60,458 nucleotides of DNA from Thermoplasmatota archaeon (GTDB taxonomy: Archaea > Thermoplasmatota > Poseidoniia > Poseidoniales > Poseidoniaceae). The translations under genes were made by a program, and so were the position numbers. The DNA is taken from contig JAYYDR010000055.1 of the NCBI GenBank assembly GCA_036160735.1, positions 1 through 60,458 of the forward strand. The letters are read 5' to 3'. Shown piece by piece: positions 18,357 through 33,212 of this stretch (the first letter of the stretch is position 1; each line of letters starts with the position of its first letter). Below the pieces are notes generated by a model, which saw only the letters and a list, made by a program, of their open reading frames with translations, made no database searches and was not told the origin of the DNA.

Positions 18357-18892
18357 TGTGACGCATTTATGGGCACATCTCGTAAAACCTGTCTACAGGA
18401 TTTACACATGTACTTCCCCATAGCCTTCTTTTGCCGAGGGTATTCTTTTTTGCATTTATCACAAACCCATAACCACTTTGCTTTCTCTTTTCGCAGGGTT
18501 TCTGTGAATTTCATTCCCATCTTGGAAGCCTCTTTACTTGGCCACAATCGCTCTAGTGACCGGAATGTCGAGTCATGAGCGGTGTAACCTAAAGCATGGA
18601 CAAATTCGTGATGTAAAACCCAAGCGGCATAGGGTTTCCATTCAGAGGAAAGCAGTCTTGGATGCAATTCGATTACTTTGACTTCTTCAGGCATTGTAGG
18701 ATTTCTAATTCCTTGGCGCCATCTCGTTACACCATGACGTTGGGTAGCATTTTTTCTCAACACGCCTAAATCGACATTAGTCAACTTAGTAAGTAGTTCT
18801 TCACTCCAAACACCCATCGATGTCATGACTTCAATCACAAACTTTCGTAATTCTATCAATTCTCTCAATTGAGCGTTGTTTGGTTTGACCAT
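18353..18892 (-). CDS. SprT-like zinc metalloprotease with C-terminal zinc ribbon
   Basis: 179 aa. HEFVHALGYTAHDSTF (HExxH plus downstream His) is followed by CDKC...CKSC. Confidence 0.6.
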   Translation of the reverse strand: MVKPNNAQLRELIELRKFVIEVMTSMGVWSEELLTKLTNVDLGVLRKNATQRHGVTRWRQGIRNPTMPEEVKVIELHPRLLSSEWKPYAAWVLHHEFVHALGYTAHDSTFRSLERLWPSKEASKMGMKFTETLRKEKAKWLWVCDKCKKEYPRQKKAMGKYMCKSCRQVLRDVPINASQ

Positions 18893-19357
18893 TCAAGACC
18901 ACCGATGGTAAGCAGGATGGCCTTCCTTAACCGCTACAAACAAACCGCTACCTGTTGCACAGACCTTGTCTTCTGCCTTGAGTGTCATCTTTATTTTCGC
19001 TCTGTCCTCAAATAATTCCTCAACTTCTGCTAGAACATACAATTCTACTCCTGCAGGCGTCGGCCTCCTTAGTGATACAGAATATGTTGCGGTTACAGTA
19101 CAAGGTGGTTCATCCAACCCTGATTGGTCCATCAAAGCGATTGCAGCAGCCCAATTACCATGGCAATCTAGCAGACTACCAATGATCCCTCCATTGATCA
19201 TACCAGGAAACGCTTGATGCTCTTCAGATGGAGTAAACCTGAGTTCTAAGCCTTCAGCACATCTATGAGAATCGATCTGTAATCCCTTTTCGTTTGCTGG
19301 CCCGCATCCAAAACAAATCGATGTGGGCGCATATTGACGTTGAACTCCCGGCTCCAT
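18893..19357 (-). CDS. PaaI/hotdog-fold acyl-CoA thioesterase
   Basis: 154 aa. N-terminal CFGCGPxNxxGL and NGGIIGSLLDCHGNWAA are typical of PaaI-family thioesterases. The gene abuts the next one. Confidence 0.7.
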   Translation of the reverse strand: MEPGVQRQYAPTSICFGCGPANEKGLQIDSHRCAEGLELRFTPSEEHQAFPGMINGGIIGSLLDCHGNWAAAIALMDQSGLDEPPCTVTATYSVSLRRPTPAGVELYVLAEVEELFEDRAKIKMTLKAEDKVCATGSGLFVAVKEGHPAYHRWS

Positions 19358-19433
19358 GTGTGTACACTATCAAAGGGGGTTGATTTGCTATTCGCATCCA
19401 TCATCTTGATGTCCTCTCGTTTGATGGCCAAGC

Positions 19434-20726
19434 ATGGCCGGGAAGAAGCGACGTGTAAGAGTCGCAAATGAACTTCCTAAAACTAGGCGTTTGGCAATAA
19501 AAAAAGCGCTTGATGAGCACGAGTCAGAAGCGAGACCTGACTGGGACAGAGCTTCTGATTGGAATGACATTAGATTCCTAAGAAAGAGAATCAAAACTGG
19601 TGAAATGAGGACCATCATGATGCCGCTACTTGATGTGGACATGGGAGATTCATGGCCAATTCCTGTTACAATTTTCCACGGGGTTAGACCGGGACCAGTG
19701 ATTACAATAATCGGAGCAACCCACGGCGATGAGTTAACAGGACCAAGTGCTTGCACAAACTTACTATCTTCTAAGTTCACTGAACCGGGTGGCGAACTAG
19801 ACCCGCAATCAATGGCCGGTACAGTTAGAATTGTTCCTGTCATAAACTTGCCAGGTTATCGCTCAAAGTCTAGATATTTCCCCGATGGAAGAGACCTCAA
19901 TAGAGCGTTTCCCGGTCTATCTAAAGGTAGCACTACGTCGAGAGTTGCCAGCACTGTCAAAAAGAATCTGATAGATGATTCAGATGTAATTATCGACCTC
20001 CATAGCGCTGCGGTTGGTAGGTCAAACATGCCTCAAATCAGAGGAGACCTATCTCATCCTGAATCCTATCTTTTAGCAAAGGCCTTCGGAATAGAAGTTG
20101 TCCTCGACAGCAGACCTCCAAAAGGTAGCTTGAGACGTGTCGCTAACGGAATGGATATTGCTGCAGTAACCTACGAGGGGGGAGAAGCAAATCAGTTAGA
20201 CCAAGTAGCTGTAAAGGTTGCTGTAGAAGGTTGTCTTAACGTACTGAAATCACTCAAAGTCATTCCGAAAAATCCTGCCAGACCAAGATTTAGATTGAAT
20301 GCAGGGGGCTCGACATGGCTTCGTGCTGGAGAAGGTGGACTTCTCGACATGTTTGTCGGGCCGGGCAGCATTGTGACCAAAGGAGACGTCATTGCAACGA
20401 TTTCAGACCCTGGAAGCCCTGGATTATCAGTAGACATCGTAGCACCGGAAGATGGTCTGATGATTTGTACCGCAACCAACCCATTCGTGACGGCTGGTAA
20501 TCCGGTGGGACATTTCCTACCGGTTACAAAACACATCGAACTCTTGAAGACCCAAATGGACGACAGGGGTATGCTAATTGTAAATGGTAGCCAAGGCGAA
20601 GCAATCTGGCGAGAAGAAGACGAAATGGTCGAAATCGAAGTTGAAGGCGAATGGTCTGGTGGCTCAGTTGATGCTGAATGGAAACAAATCAACGCTGAAG
20701 ACACAGAACAAGAAGAAGCTGCCTAA
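19434..20726 (+). CDS. succinylglutamate desuccinylase/aspartoacylase (AstE/AspA, M14-like) family deacylase
   Basis: 430 aa. IIGATHGDELTG, DLNRAFPG and IDLHSA zinc/active-site blocks of the family, with an acidic C-terminal tail. Confidence 0.75.
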   Translation: MAGKKRRVRVANELPKTRRLAIKKALDEHESEARPDWDRASDWNDIRFLRKRIKTGEMRTIMMPLLDVDMGDSWPIPVTIFHGVRPGPVITIIGATHGDELTGPSACTNLLSSKFTEPGGELDPQSMAGTVRIVPVINLPGYRSKSRYFPDGRDLNRAFPGLSKGSTTSRVASTVKKNLIDDSDVIIDLHSAAVGRSNMPQIRGDLSHPESYLLAKAFGIEVVLDSRPPKGSLRRVANGMDIAAVTYEGGEANQLDQVAVKVAVEGCLNVLKSLKVIPKNPARPRFRLNAGGSTWLRAGEGGLLDMFVGPGSIVTKGDVIATISDPGSPGLSVDIVAPEDGLMICTATNPFVTAGNPVGHFLPVTKHIELLKTQMDDRGMLIVNGSQGEAIWREEDEMVEIEVEGEWSGGSVDAEWKQINAEDTEQEEAA

Positions 20727-21980
20727 TCAAGCCGTGAAAGCAGCGATCGCTTCCCTAATTTCATGTTCTTCCATGTTTCTTGGTTGGCTTTTTGCTACCT
20801 CAAATAAGTGGCTCACCAGTTCATCAGTAGCTTCCATACCATTGCTCTCTAACCAGTGAATGATATTGGAACGGCCAGACATATGACCGATTCTGATTAC
20901 TTGCTCTAGACCGAAATCACCTGCTGGAACGCCGCTATACACCCTATCAGCAAGCCACATGTCTCCTTTTCGAATCGCTTTGATTACTGCGCTGGCGTGT
21001 ACACCAGTACCGGTCTCAAATGCATCCTGACCGAAAACCGGGTAGTTTCTTGGCAATGGAACCTGAATGTATTCATTTGCTTTCTGAACATACTCACTTA
21101 GTAACGACAGATCGTTGTTGATGACTCCCATCAATGACAGATTGACTAAAGTTTGGTCCAGGGGAGCATTTCCTGCCCTTTCACCAACTCCTAAGGCAGT
21201 ACCATGAACAACATCAGCACCTGCTTCAACAGCTGCTAGATTATTTGCCACTCCAAGACCTCTGTCTTGGTGACCGTGCCAATTCACCTCAATATCGCTG
21301 CGCTTGTACCCTGCATCCTTGATGACTTCTTCATCGATAAAGGATAGTAACTGCTTAACTCCATTAGGGGTTACGTGACCGCATGTGTCGCAAATACACA
21401 ACCTTCGAACACCTAACTCCATTGCCCTCTGATAAATCAGTTTAACATCCTCTGGTTTTGAGCGAGTTGTATCTTCAGTTACAAACATAACAGGAATATC
21501 ATTGTCGACCGCATAAGAAACAGCCTTTTCCATAGTGGAAACCAGTTTGTCCATTGTCCAACCTTCAGTAAATTGACGAATTGGACTTGTTCCTAAGAAG
21601 GCGCTTGCTTGGATTTCCATCTCATGCTTTGCTTGCATCTCGACTAGAGGTTCGATATCATTCATTAAGGTTCTAACCGCAGCACCTGGACGTATTTTGA
21701 AGTCATTCGCTTTGATGTGAGTTAGCATTGCGTCAATGTGTTCTCTATGAAACGGCCCTGCCCCGGGTAACCCTAGGTCCACTTTTTGGATTCCTAGTTT
21801 TTCCATGTAAGTTAGTAATTCGATCTTCTGATCGATTGAGGGGTTCAGTGCACTAGGACTTTGCAAACCGTCTCTCAATGTTTCATCATCAAACCAAACG
21901 CCATGCGGATGGTTTGCTGAGTTTCTTGAGTATTCATAGTCGACAACATTCCAGTCATAGATTAGATTCTGTTCATCCAT
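20727..21980 (-). CDS. 2-isopropylmalate/homocitrate synthase-like DRE-TIM (HMGL-like) enzyme without regulatory domain
   Basis: 417 aa. DETLRDGLQSP, ICDTCGH and NWHGHQDRGLGVANNLAAVEAGA motifs. Confidence 0.7.
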   Translation of the reverse strand: MDEQNLIYDWNVVDYEYSRNSANHPHGVWFDDETLRDGLQSPSALNPSIDQKIELLTYMEKLGIQKVDLGLPGAGPFHREHIDAMLTHIKANDFKIRPGAAVRTLMNDIEPLVEMQAKHEMEIQASAFLGTSPIRQFTEGWTMDKLVSTMEKAVSYAVDNDIPVMFVTEDTTRSKPEDVKLIYQRAMELGVRRLCICDTCGHVTPNGVKQLLSFIDEEVIKDAGYKRSDIEVNWHGHQDRGLGVANNLAAVEAGADVVHGTALGVGERAGNAPLDQTLVNLSLMGVINNDLSLLSEYVQKANEYIQVPLPRNYPVFGQDAFETGTGVHASAVIKAIRKGDMWLADRVYSGVPAGDFGLEQVIRIGHMSGRSNIIHWLESNGMEATDELVSHLFEVAKSQPRNMEEHEIREAIAAFTA

Positions 21981-22050
21981 TTTATCACCCTCAGAGGCTC
22001 GCTTGCTTCGCTACAGATGCGCTTAGCGTTTGAAACCGTCGGAAAATTGG

Positions 22051-27103
<5,053 letters not shown>

Positions 27104-27898
27104 ATGGCTGACCCGAAAGTATGTGTTGCTCTAGATGGCACTACCGTCGAAGAAATGACTGATGAAGCTGCACGTGCAAACCTAGCAGGTGCAGACATGG
27201 TCGAAGTTAGATTTGATAGGTTGTACCTCGTAAAACCTGACCCAACCATCTCAGACGAAGAAGAAGGCGAGAAGGTCGAATTGCCACCTGAAAACGACTG
27301 GGACACAGTAGACATGTCTGAAGTAGATGTTGACGCCGCTATCTCGTCCCTAAAAGAGGGATTGCCACTGCCTGTCATTTTCACAGTGAGGCCTGTTTCA
27401 GAGGGCGGTTTCTTCCCAGGTGTTGAATCAGAAAGGATCTCCATTCTAGAAAAGGCGATTGAATCCAAGGTATCTTGGATTGACTTGGAATTGTCCATAG
27501 ACGATTCAACTCGCAGCAAGTTAGCTGATGCTGCGAAGGAAAACGGTTGCCAAATCATCGCATCTGTCCATGATATAAACGGAACTCCAGACGCATCCAC
27601 AATCGCATCAATCGTTAGAGATAACCAGGGTGCGGGAGATATCGTAAAGTTTTGTGGAACTGCAAACAACCACGATGATGCACTACAAATCATCGAGGCG
27701 GCAACCGAATTGACCGGTGAAGGATTGAGCCACAGCCTGATGGCAACCAGCAGTGGAGGAGACTGGACAAGACTTCACGCACCAGTTCTTGACCAGAGTC
27801 TAGTTTATGCAACAATGAGAAATGAATTCAAAATTTCTGACAAAGGCCTTGTCAATGTTCGTGACCTAAGAGATGCATGGTCTCTATTGGAATACTGA
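27104..27898 (+). CDS. aroD: 3-dehydroquinate dehydratase, type I
   Basis: 264 aa. MVEVRFD, IFTVRPxxEGG, SVHDxxxTP (His) and DIVKF (Schiff-base Lys) line up with AroD blocks EWRVD / FTFRSxxEGG / SNHDFxxTP / IPKIA. An acidic insertion follows the first block. Confidence 0.7.
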   Translation: MADPKVCVALDGTTVEEMTDEAARANLAGADMVEVRFDRLYLVKPDPTISDEEEGEKVELPPENDWDTVDMSEVDVDAAISSLKEGLPLPVIFTVRPVSEGGFFPGVESERISILEKAIESKVSWIDLELSIDDSTRSKLADAAKENGCQIIASVHDINGTPDASTIASIVRDNQGAGDIVKFCGTANNHDDALQIIEAATELTGEGLSHSLMATSSGGDWTRLHAPVLDQSLVYATMRNEFKISDKGLVNVRDLRDAWSLLEY

Positions 27899-27899
27899 A

Positions 27900-28889
27900 C
27901 TATTCTTGCTCTAGAGTCGGGACGAGTCCCTTCTCTAACTGCTGACCTTCTTGGGTTAGGCTAAGTCCGGAATTCATGTACCTTCTGTTCATTATCAGAG
28001 GTACTGCCAAGATTGCCATCATCAAACCACAGCACACCAAGGATACTGTCCAATTAGGAAGTACTGTTGACCTTGGCTCAGAGACTACAGACACATAGGC
28101 AGCAATGCTTGTCTCAGGAACTGCATCATTACTGTGCGAGTTGTTAGTGTTATCAACGACGATGTTGAAGTACTGATTGGTGGTTTCTCCAAATAAACTA
28201 CTACTCATCTCGGGACCATCTAATGAGATAGAGAATGAAACCTCATCCACATTTTCATATTGATGGGAGTCTCTGAAAGAATGCCATCCCACTACAGTAA
28301 AACTCCTCCATTCAGGTGGAACGTCACTTGTTGGGTCATCATCATCTCTGTCCTCTTTCAGCCAAAAATATCCGTTTGCGATATCATAAGCGGTAGTATA
28401 TCTGTCATACTGAGATGTTGTCATCAAGTATACATCTGCGAGTGGGTCGACTGAACTATTTGTGGATTCAATAGTTACACATATTGTTGTCCTGCGCTCA
28501 TAGTCTAGGTTTACTCTTAGAGTTCCAATTGCATTATCACCAATCAGCATCGTAGTTTGGAAATCATCTCTTAACAATCGGAGATTATTGTCAGGCTCCC
28601 AAGTCATCCATTCTTCTTCGGGACCATCATAATCCTCGAATTTTGTAGGCTCAACGTTTTCATCATCATCGCTATCTCTCCCCCGCCTTTCCTCATAATC
28701 GAATTCTGGAGTGTAGATGTTCGGAACTTTAGCCAAACGTTCAACCGTAGTATTCCATTTAGGTGTTACAAAGTCTCCATTATCGCAGTTGGAGGCAGCC
28801 GAGACACGTTGAATTGGAGAGATGTCTGTTACAACCAGCATTGGGAGTATGAACAGGAACATCACGACAATAGTAGTCCTTGAACCCAT
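27900..28889 (-). CDS. secreted, C-terminally anchored hypothetical protein
   Basis: 329 aa with a signal/anchor (IVVMFLFILPMLVV), an acidic ectodomain and a C-terminal TM (LVCCGLMMAILAVPLI). Confidence 0.5.
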   Translation of the reverse strand: MGSRTTIVVMFLFILPMLVVTDISPIQRVSAASNCDNGDFVTPKWNTTVERLAKVPNIYTPEFDYEERRGRDSDDDENVEPTKFEDYDGPEEEWMTWEPDNNLRLLRDDFQTTMLIGDNAIGTLRVNLDYERRTTICVTIESTNSSVDPLADVYLMTTSQYDRYTTAYDIANGYFWLKEDRDDDDPTSDVPPEWRSFTVVGWHSFRDSHQYENVDEVSFSISLDGPEMSSSLFGETTNQYFNIVVDNTNNSHSNDAVPETSIAAYVSVVSEPRSTVLPNWTVSLVCCGLMMAILAVPLIMNRRYMNSGLSLTQEGQQLEKGLVPTLEQE

Positions 28890-28944
28890 AATTCACTCCC
28901 TCCTTTGGATTAATGAAAATTGTGAGGGTTAATCGGTTTTCCCT

Positions 28945-31900
28945 TCAGCGTCTTCTTCTTAGAGGCCTTACGTATCCAGAAGAGCCACTTCTGCGTTCTT
29001 CTTTGGATAAAATACCAGGCGCTGGAGGAGGAGTGTGTTGATCCATGCCTAGGACTCCTCCATAGGACTGTACTTCATCAACTTCGTATGTAGCTGCAGC
29101 CTGCTCGGCTTCCTCCTCGATTTCAGTTGGACTTCTCATAACAGCCCAACCTAGAATTAGGACAGCCGCGATAAGTGCTAGCACCATGAATGACTCACCG
29201 CTAGCATCCAAGAACCATTCCTGCCAGTCTTCTATAGAGAAGTCGGAAAGACTTGGTTCTGCTGCCTTTTCAGCCAGAACTGTGACTTCAGTATCCTTTG
29301 TTACACAAACACCCATTCCATCACAAACTGAAATTCTGATCATCTTGATTCCAACTTCGTCCCAACTGGCAGCAACTCTTACCCCATCTGCGCCGGATGG
29401 AGTAATCCAATCATCTGCAGCGTCTCCATTTTCATCAGCGTCAACCTCGAGGTCGCTTTCCCACAAAACAACAATTGCAGAGGATATTCTTTCATCCCTA
29501 TCAGTGTGAAGTCCGTCATTTACGTCCAAATCTCTCCATACAACGTAATCTGCAGCATCTTCTGAATCTGTGACATTGGCATCAAGGACTATTGATTCGC
29601 CAACGTAAATTGTGTCTGAGATTTCAAATTCACCAATAACTGGCGGCTCGTTTACAATTACGGTGAAAGTTTCCCTAGTCACGTCTCCAGTGAGATATGA
29701 ATCTCTAACTGTTAGTGTTACCTTGTATGTACCAGGTCTTTCAAATGAATGCCATGGCATGGGCTCATGTGAGATTGGAGTTGCATCGCCGAAGTCCCAA
29801 GAATATTCTACAATACCATTCCAATCGGTGCTGTTCGATTCAAGAGGTACGAATCTACCCTCGAACACTCTATCGCCATCTCTAGTTCCTATTGAATCGA
29901 AATACAAAATTTGGCCGGGAGTAGTTACTACGTTTTCATCATCGTCAAAGGTATGAGAATACTCGAATGATGCACCCTCCGGGAGAGGTGTAGTAGCTGT
30001 GACTAACTCATCTTTGTACCATACATCAAAAATCTTCACAGAAACAATAGGTTTTGGATTCAAGACCCTAATTCCAAGTTGCCTTGTTTCGCTTTCTTGG
30101 CCATTCTCATCAATCACAACAAGAGACACATAATGCTCACCAGGAGTACTGAAATTGTGGGTAACTAGAGACTGGTTTGACATTGTACCATCAGAGAATG
30201 TCCACATGAATGTCAAATCTGTTGAATCTCCAACCAATCCATCGGGGTCATAACTATCTCTACCGTTGAAAGTGTACGGTACGTCCATATTTGCATCTTC
30301 AATTCTGAAATCAATTACTGGACTGCCAGCTGAACTTGAGTCTCTGACCTCGAATTGTGCTACTGGCAGCTGATTAAGAACTTGAACTCTGAGTTGTGAA
30401 ACGGATTGTGCGCCATCATTGTCTGTGACTGTTATGTTCACATTCTTGATCCCCGGAGTAGACCAAGCGACCATAGGATTCTGTTCTGTAGACAGCAAAT
30501 CAACGAATAGATTTGTTCTGTCGACTATTCCGCCGTCAAGATTTACTGCTTCTTCAAACACCCAATTCCAAGCAACAATTTCTCCATCAACATCTTCGAA
30601 AACATCTGGCAGCATTGTAGCAGTGAAAGTTTCTGTCACAACTGTGTCAGTGAAAATCTGCCCTGGAGCACGATTGTTGACAATAATTTCGATTGTTTCA
30701 GTGGCAGAGTTGACTCCATCGCTTACGGTAAGCGTGAGATTGTACGAGGTTACAGCTGTCAAACCATCCTCCCACATGTGGTATGCACGAGTTACGCCTT
30801 TTCCACCTTCCAGATTACCGTCTCCCCAGTCCCATGTAAATTCGAGATGACTTAAGGGAACGTTATCCGTGGTTCTTTCCGCACTGAATTGGATTATCTG
30901 TCCAGTCAAAATCGACAGATTATCTGTCAAAACCATACCGTTCATTGAAATTACAGGAATAGGAGCAGAATCATCTGAGACATTGATTGTTTTTACATCA
31001 GCATCTGACCAAGTTCCCCCCTGGTCCATTATTCTCAACGAAACGTTGTATTGACCGACATCAAGATATGGCCTTACTGGGCTCTTCAAGGATGATGAGT
31101 TGCCGTCGTCAAACGTCCATGCATATGCAACAGGTTCGTCCATGTATGGAAGTGTATTGTTTGCTAGAGAAAGACCCCATGCATCAAAACCGTCTCCAGT
31201 GAAGAGAATATTGTCCCATGTTTGAACTTCTGTGGGATTGATTGTTGAATTTGATACTGGCTTCATGTTGTCCAAAAATTGGGCACCCGTTTGGACCGTG
31301 TCGATTACATCCCCTAACATGTCAGTCATCGTCAAGTGGAATGTGTGAACTTCTGTCGATTTAGCGGTGTACCAGAATTTCGTAGCAACGTCTACTCCAC
31401 CGCCGGCTTGGACTCTAGTTTCAATAGTGTCAAGAACTACACCAGAAGCGTTTTTGACTTGAATCTCAACATCCAAATCCTCGAAAAACGCATTTGACAA
31501 GATATTGAACTCAATTTCTGCTGTGTCGACATTTGTGTCACCATCGCGATCAGACAGAACTGTTGAATTGAGGCTCATAGTAGCAGGAGAGGTGATTCTT
31601 GCTGCTTCTACATCTATTGTCCCGGTTGGATAGGAACTTCCACATGAGGTGTAATCGCAATCGCCTAAGTTTGAAGCAAACCATGTTATTGCGTATATCT
31701 CATCGGTGATGTTCCCAAATCCTGGAACCAAGGCAGTTCCAACAGCGCCATTGAAATTGATATCACTTCTTGTGTATATTCCATCAGCAGCGGCTCTACT
31801 CATAATCACACCATCCATTCCTGGCACATCACCTGTGAACCTCATGGTAAGTGGTGCTGGTGCTGCAGAGCCGGGAGTGAATTTGAAGACACGAACGCCC

Positions 31901-33123
31901 CATCCTTCAATGGCGTTTCCTGTTGAAGACCAAGGACCTAGCCAATCACTGTTGGTATCTGCTGGTTGTATCCTACAGAACTCGCTGGAACCACAGGCAG
32001 GAGAAAGGAATAGGTTGGACATGCCGTACACGCCTTGGTCACTATCCAATGTTGCAGCGATAGTGAAATTTGTCCAAATATCAATGAAATCCCTGCCAAT
32101 TACACCAGGCGTTGCGTCTATTGGGTTCCTTGCAAGGTCTTCGATTCCCGCAGCTCCAGTAGACGAGTCTTGGACTAGATTGCGAATCGCTGGACCTCCA
32201 CCAAGGTGGTCAGCCAAATATAGAAGGAAAATGAATCCGCCACCATAATCAGCGGGTCGTTGATTCCACCATCGGACTGAAAGTTCGCTAGCAGATGTCC
32301 ATGCGTTCACGTGGCCGTAAAGTGTAGACGAACCGCCAAAGCAGAGGAAGGCAGCCATGTCCGCTGCTCCTTCGTCAATCCATAGATTCTCGTAAGGATC
32401 CAAGGCATTGTGCATCAAGTGTTGTAGTTCGTGAGCAAGGATAACCCTTGACCAAGATAGAGGTGCGTCATCAATATCGATGAAAATCGCCTCACGAGAT
32501 GCAGACATGCCCGGTGCGAAGTATCCCCCAATGTTGTAAGCGCCGTCGATTGCATAAATCACGACTTCAATTTGACAATTATTGTCGACGTCAGGAGCTG
32601 CAATCCCTCTTCCATCAAAGTAGTCTTTTCCAAAGTATGTCATCAATGTGGGATAGACTGTTGTGTCCCACGTACTTGCCCAATTGTTTAGAACGGTTGA
32701 AGACAATGTTCTACCAGACTGGACCATAAACGCTGCAGTGGAGGTTGTTTTCTCTACGGTCACGTCAATTGAGCCACCGGAGGTAGGGACTGTCGCTGTA
32801 TCTCCTTCATTGTACGGAGTACATGCTCTACCACTTGTCATAGATTGAGGGGAGGTCGCGATATCAACTCCAGGTAATCCTTGAGAAATCCACTCATTTT
32901 TCATCATCCTTGTTGCGCTGTAAAGCAATTCATCGCTCTCAGGCAACATGTACGGATGAGAGTCAAGTGGTTCAAAATCATCGATATCGGCGAATACTGG
33001 ATTGAACTCAATCACTTGATTTGCCACAGATTCTTGAGGCTCTGCAGAGGCCAATGGAGAGGCGATGGAAACAAGGAAAACAAGCAGTATTGAGAAAGCA
33101 CGATTAGAGCAATGTTCAGACAT
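28945..33123 (-). CDS. giant surface zinc metalloprotease (M6/immune-inhibitor-A-like HExxH domain) with tandem PKD-like modules and C-terminal TM anchor
   Basis: 1392 aa. Signal peptide (ILLVFLVSIASPLASA), HELQHLMH near 32410-32435, five W(D/T/N)(F/W)xDG PKD-type signatures, and a TM (VLALIAAVLILGWAV) with a basic tail. Confidence 0.75.
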   Translation of the reverse strand: MSEHCSNRAFSILLVFLVSIASPLASAEPQESVANQVIEFNPVFADIDDFEPLDSHPYMLPESDELLYSATRMMKNEWISQGLPGVDIATSPQSMTSGRACTPYNEGDTATVPTSGGSIDVTVEKTTSTAAFMVQSGRTLSSTVLNNWASTWDTTVYPTLMTYFGKDYFDGRGIAAPDVDNNCQIEVVIYAIDGAYNIGGYFAPGMSASREAIFIDIDDAPLSWSRVILAHELQHLMHNALDPYENLWIDEGAADMAAFLCFGGSSTLYGHVNAWTSASELSVRWWNQRPADYGGGFIFLLYLADHLGGGPAIRNLVQDSSTGAAGIEDLARNPIDATPGVIGRDFIDIWTNFTIAATLDSDQGVYGMSNLFLSPACGSSEFCRIQPADTNSDWLGPWSSTGNAIEGWGVRVFKFTPGSAAPAPLTMRFTGDVPGMDGVIMSRAAADGIYTRSDINFNGAVGTALVPGFGNITDEIYAITWFASNLGDCDYTSCGSSYPTGTIDVEAARITSPATMSLNSTVLSDRDGDTNVDTAEIEFNILSNAFFEDLDVEIQVKNASGVVLDTIETRVQAGGGVDVATKFWYTAKSTEVHTFHLTMTDMLGDVIDTVQTGAQFLDNMKPVSNSTINPTEVQTWDNILFTGDGFDAWGLSLANNTLPYMDEPVAYAWTFDDGNSSSLKSPVRPYLDVGQYNVSLRIMDQGGTWSDADVKTINVSDDSAPIPVISMNGMVLTDNLSILTGQIIQFSAERTTDNVPLSHLEFTWDWGDGNLEGGKGVTRAYHMWEDGLTAVTSYNLTLTVSDGVNSATETIEIIVNNRAPGQIFTDTVVTETFTATMLPDVFEDVDGEIVAWNWVFEEAVNLDGGIVDRTNLFVDLLSTEQNPMVAWSTPGIKNVNITVTDNDGAQSVSQLRVQVLNQLPVAQFEVRDSSSAGSPVIDFRIEDANMDVPYTFNGRDSYDPDGLVGDSTDLTFMWTFSDGTMSNQSLVTHNFSTPGEHYVSLVVIDENGQESETRQLGIRVLNPKPIVSVKIFDVWYKDELVTATTPLPEGASFEYSHTFDDDENVVTTPGQILYFDSIGTRDGDRVFEGRFVPLESNSTDWNGIVEYSWDFGDATPISHEPMPWHSFERPGTYKVTLTVRDSYLTGDVTRETFTVIVNEPPVIGEFEISDTIYVGESIVLDANVTDSEDAADYVVWRDLDVNDGLHTDRDERISSAIVVLWESDLEVDADENGDAADDWITPSGADGVRVAASWDEVGIKMIRISVCDGMGVCVTKDTEVTVLAEKAAEPSLSDFSIEDWQEWFLDASGESFMVLALIAAVLILGWAVMRSPTEIEEEAEQAAATYEVDEVQSYGGVLGMDQHTPPPAPGILSKEERRSGSSGYVRPLRRRR
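29650..31200 (-). repeat. tandem PKD/Ig-like domain-encoding modules inside the giant protease gene
   Basis: Recurrent signatures WTFDDG (about 31100), WDWGDG (about 30825), WNWVFEE (about 30560), WTFSDG (about 30195) and WDFGDA (about 29790), each followed by Y.V.L.V.D-type strands. Boundaries are approximate. Confidence 0.6.
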
Positions 33124-33212
33124 TTCAAGGGCCTCCAGAGAATCGCATTACTGCATTCCAAATTGCCCACTTCAAATGAGGTATTTAATACTCAGCGAAC
33201 ATAGCATCATCA

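Noticed and set aside
19388-19843. 151-aa minus-strand ORF antisense to the AstE/AspA-like gene
   Set aside because: It lies almost entirely within a motif-supported plus-strand gene and has shadow-frame composition.
28945-29200. PGF-CTERM / archaeosortase sorting signal on the giant protease
   Set aside because: The C-terminus has a TM helix followed by an about 80-residue cytoplasmic tail and no PGF tripeptide. It does not fit the sorting-signal architecture.
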